The notes under the pieces: generated by a model
Seen by the model: the letters and a program-made list of their open reading frames with translations, nothing else
Databases searched by the model: none
Told to the model about the DNA's origin: nothing
Program-made: the position numbers and the translations under genes
Shown: positions 38,276-39,316 of the stretch, in pieces
How positions within the stretch are numbered: position 1 is the first letter of the stretch
How the letters are laid out: each line of letters opens with the position of its first letter
NCBI GenBank assembly: GCA_036169735.1
Contig: JAVHNX010000010.1
Location: forward strand, 20,847 to 60,162
From: Minisyncoccota bacterium
GTDB taxonomy: Bacteria > Patescibacteriota > Minisyncoccia > Phycocordibacterales > UBA9973
Direction of reading: 5' to 3'
Length of the DNA: 39,316 nt

Positions 38276-39013
38276 TTATTTAAAGCCTATAAATTGTTCT
38301 TTTAATTCAGAAATACTTTTAAGATCATCCTTGAATGTTCCAGATTTTTGTTCGTAACGATGACTTCTTTCGTTGTAAACTAGAACTTCACCTTCATAAG
38401 TAAAATCACTACCAGATCCACTTACTGCGCTACCGAAATCAATAATAACTGGCAGATTTTCTTTGTTTATCATAACATTTCCAAAATGAAGATCTCTGTG
38501 ATAAAGGCCAGATTTATGCATTATAGATACTTGTTCTTCTAGTAATTTAAAAAAGGTATCATACTTAAAACCTTTTGGTAAAAGTTCCGGATTTTTAATA
38601 ATATCTTTCATTGAGTGACCATCGATTCTTTCCATAAGAAAACAAGGACCTCTGTCGGTTTGAAGAGAAATAAGTGGCAAAGGAGTACGAACACCGGCTT
38701 CTTGTGCTTTTATTTGGAAATCATTTTCCTCATCAATATCATTGCAGACAACTCGTGGATTCTTTTTTATTCTTTTTAAACAAACTTTTTCGAAAGGAGT
38801 ACCTTCAGCAACAAAAACTTCAGCACTGTCACCTTCACCAATAGAGACTGCTCTTATTTCAAGAACATCCAAACAGTAAAGCAAGTCTTCTGTCTCTTTG
38901 CTTTCAACAATTTTTTGAACTTTTTCTAGTTTAAAAGTTTGACTCTGTTTTTGAACCTCTATATTATTCAATACAGTTTCTGGTTTTATTGAAGATGGTT
39001 CCCTTTCATTCAT
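38276..39013 (-). CDS. protein-kinase-like enzyme (Bud32/Kdo/RIO-like)
   Basis: IGEGDSAEV, VCLK, LMERIDG, HRDLHFGNVM, IDFG. Confidence 0.85.
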   Translation of the reverse strand: MNEREPSSIKPETVLNNIEVQKQSQTFKLEKVQKIVESKETEDLLYCLDVLEIRAVSIGEGDSAEVFVAEGTPFEKVCLKRIKKNPRVVCNDIDEENDFQIKAQEAGVRTPLPLISLQTDRGPCFLMERIDGHSMKDIIKNPELLPKGFKYDTFFKLLEEQVSIMHKSGLYHRDLHFGNVMINKENLPVIIDFGSAVSGSGSDFTYEGEVLVYNERSHRYEQKSGTFKDDLKSISELKEQFIGFK

Positions 39014-39052
39014 ATGTATACAATAACACTCAAAAACAATAAAGTAAAATAA

Positions 39053-39081
39053 TTGAAATATTATTGGAAATGTACTACAAT
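39053..39081 (+). promoter_or_regulatory. promoter of tRNA-Val/tRNA-Arg transcript
   Basis: TTGAAA-17 nt-TACAAT. Confidence 0.6.
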
Positions 39082-39186
39082 AACAAAGTTTTCAAAATGT
39101 TCAAGTTGCGCGCGGTTAGCTGTTTTGGTAAATATCAATAAAAGCTAACTGTATAAGGTTTTGAAAATAAAAGATAAATAATCAAT

Positions 39187-39259
39187 GCGCGGTTAGCTCA
39201 GTTGGTAGAGCAACCCGTTTACACCGGGAAGGTCGCAGGTTCGAGTCCTGCACCGCGCA
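39187..39259 (+). tRNA. tRNA-Val (TAC)
   Basis: GCGCGGT/ACCGCGC acceptor, loop TTTACAC, GCAGGTTCGAGTCCTGC. Confidence 0.93.
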
Positions 39260-39263
39260 CACT

Positions 39264-39316
39264 GCCCTTGTAGTTCAATGGATAGAACGAGGCTCTTCTA
39301 AGGCCTTGATGTAGGT
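39264..39316 (+). tRNA. tRNA-Arg (TCT), cut by the window end
   Basis: GCCCTTGTAGTTCAATGGATAGAAC, AGGCT-CTTCTAA-GGCCT. Confidence 0.85.

Overview
AT-rich bacterial chromosome segment, almost all genes on the minus strand, standard code 11. Gene content and style (no Shine-Dalgarno signals, rplK without rplA, IleRS with an inserted domain, two-domain ThyX) suggest Patescibacteria/CPR, probably Parcubacteria; this assignment is inference. It carries translation genes (ileS, argS, rpsL-rpsG, fusA, tuf-rpsJ-rplC-rplD-rplW-rplB, rpmB, secE-nusG-rplK, rplS, four tRNAs), a dTTP-supply/sanitation set in two clusters (glyA-tmk-RCL-like-dut; dCMP deaminase-MazG-like-pyrF; thyX), a split comEC interrupted by sod, a HigBA-like toxin-antitoxin pair, two helicases, two pseudogenes and several hypothetical genes. 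The most unusual signals are non-coding: (1) a 202-bp insert at the tRNA-His 3' end holding two copies of a ~65-nt unit with fully compensatory stem changes; (2) a family of AGG-N5-CCT palindromes, some sitting in frame inside ileS, argS and comEC; (3) an ultrashort-Stem-I Ile T-box coupled to an intrinsic terminator; (4) a conserved hairpin plus boxA-like leader shared by two divergent paralogues; (5) a 118-bp element with perfect 30-bp inverted repeats; (6) many apparently leaderless genes.
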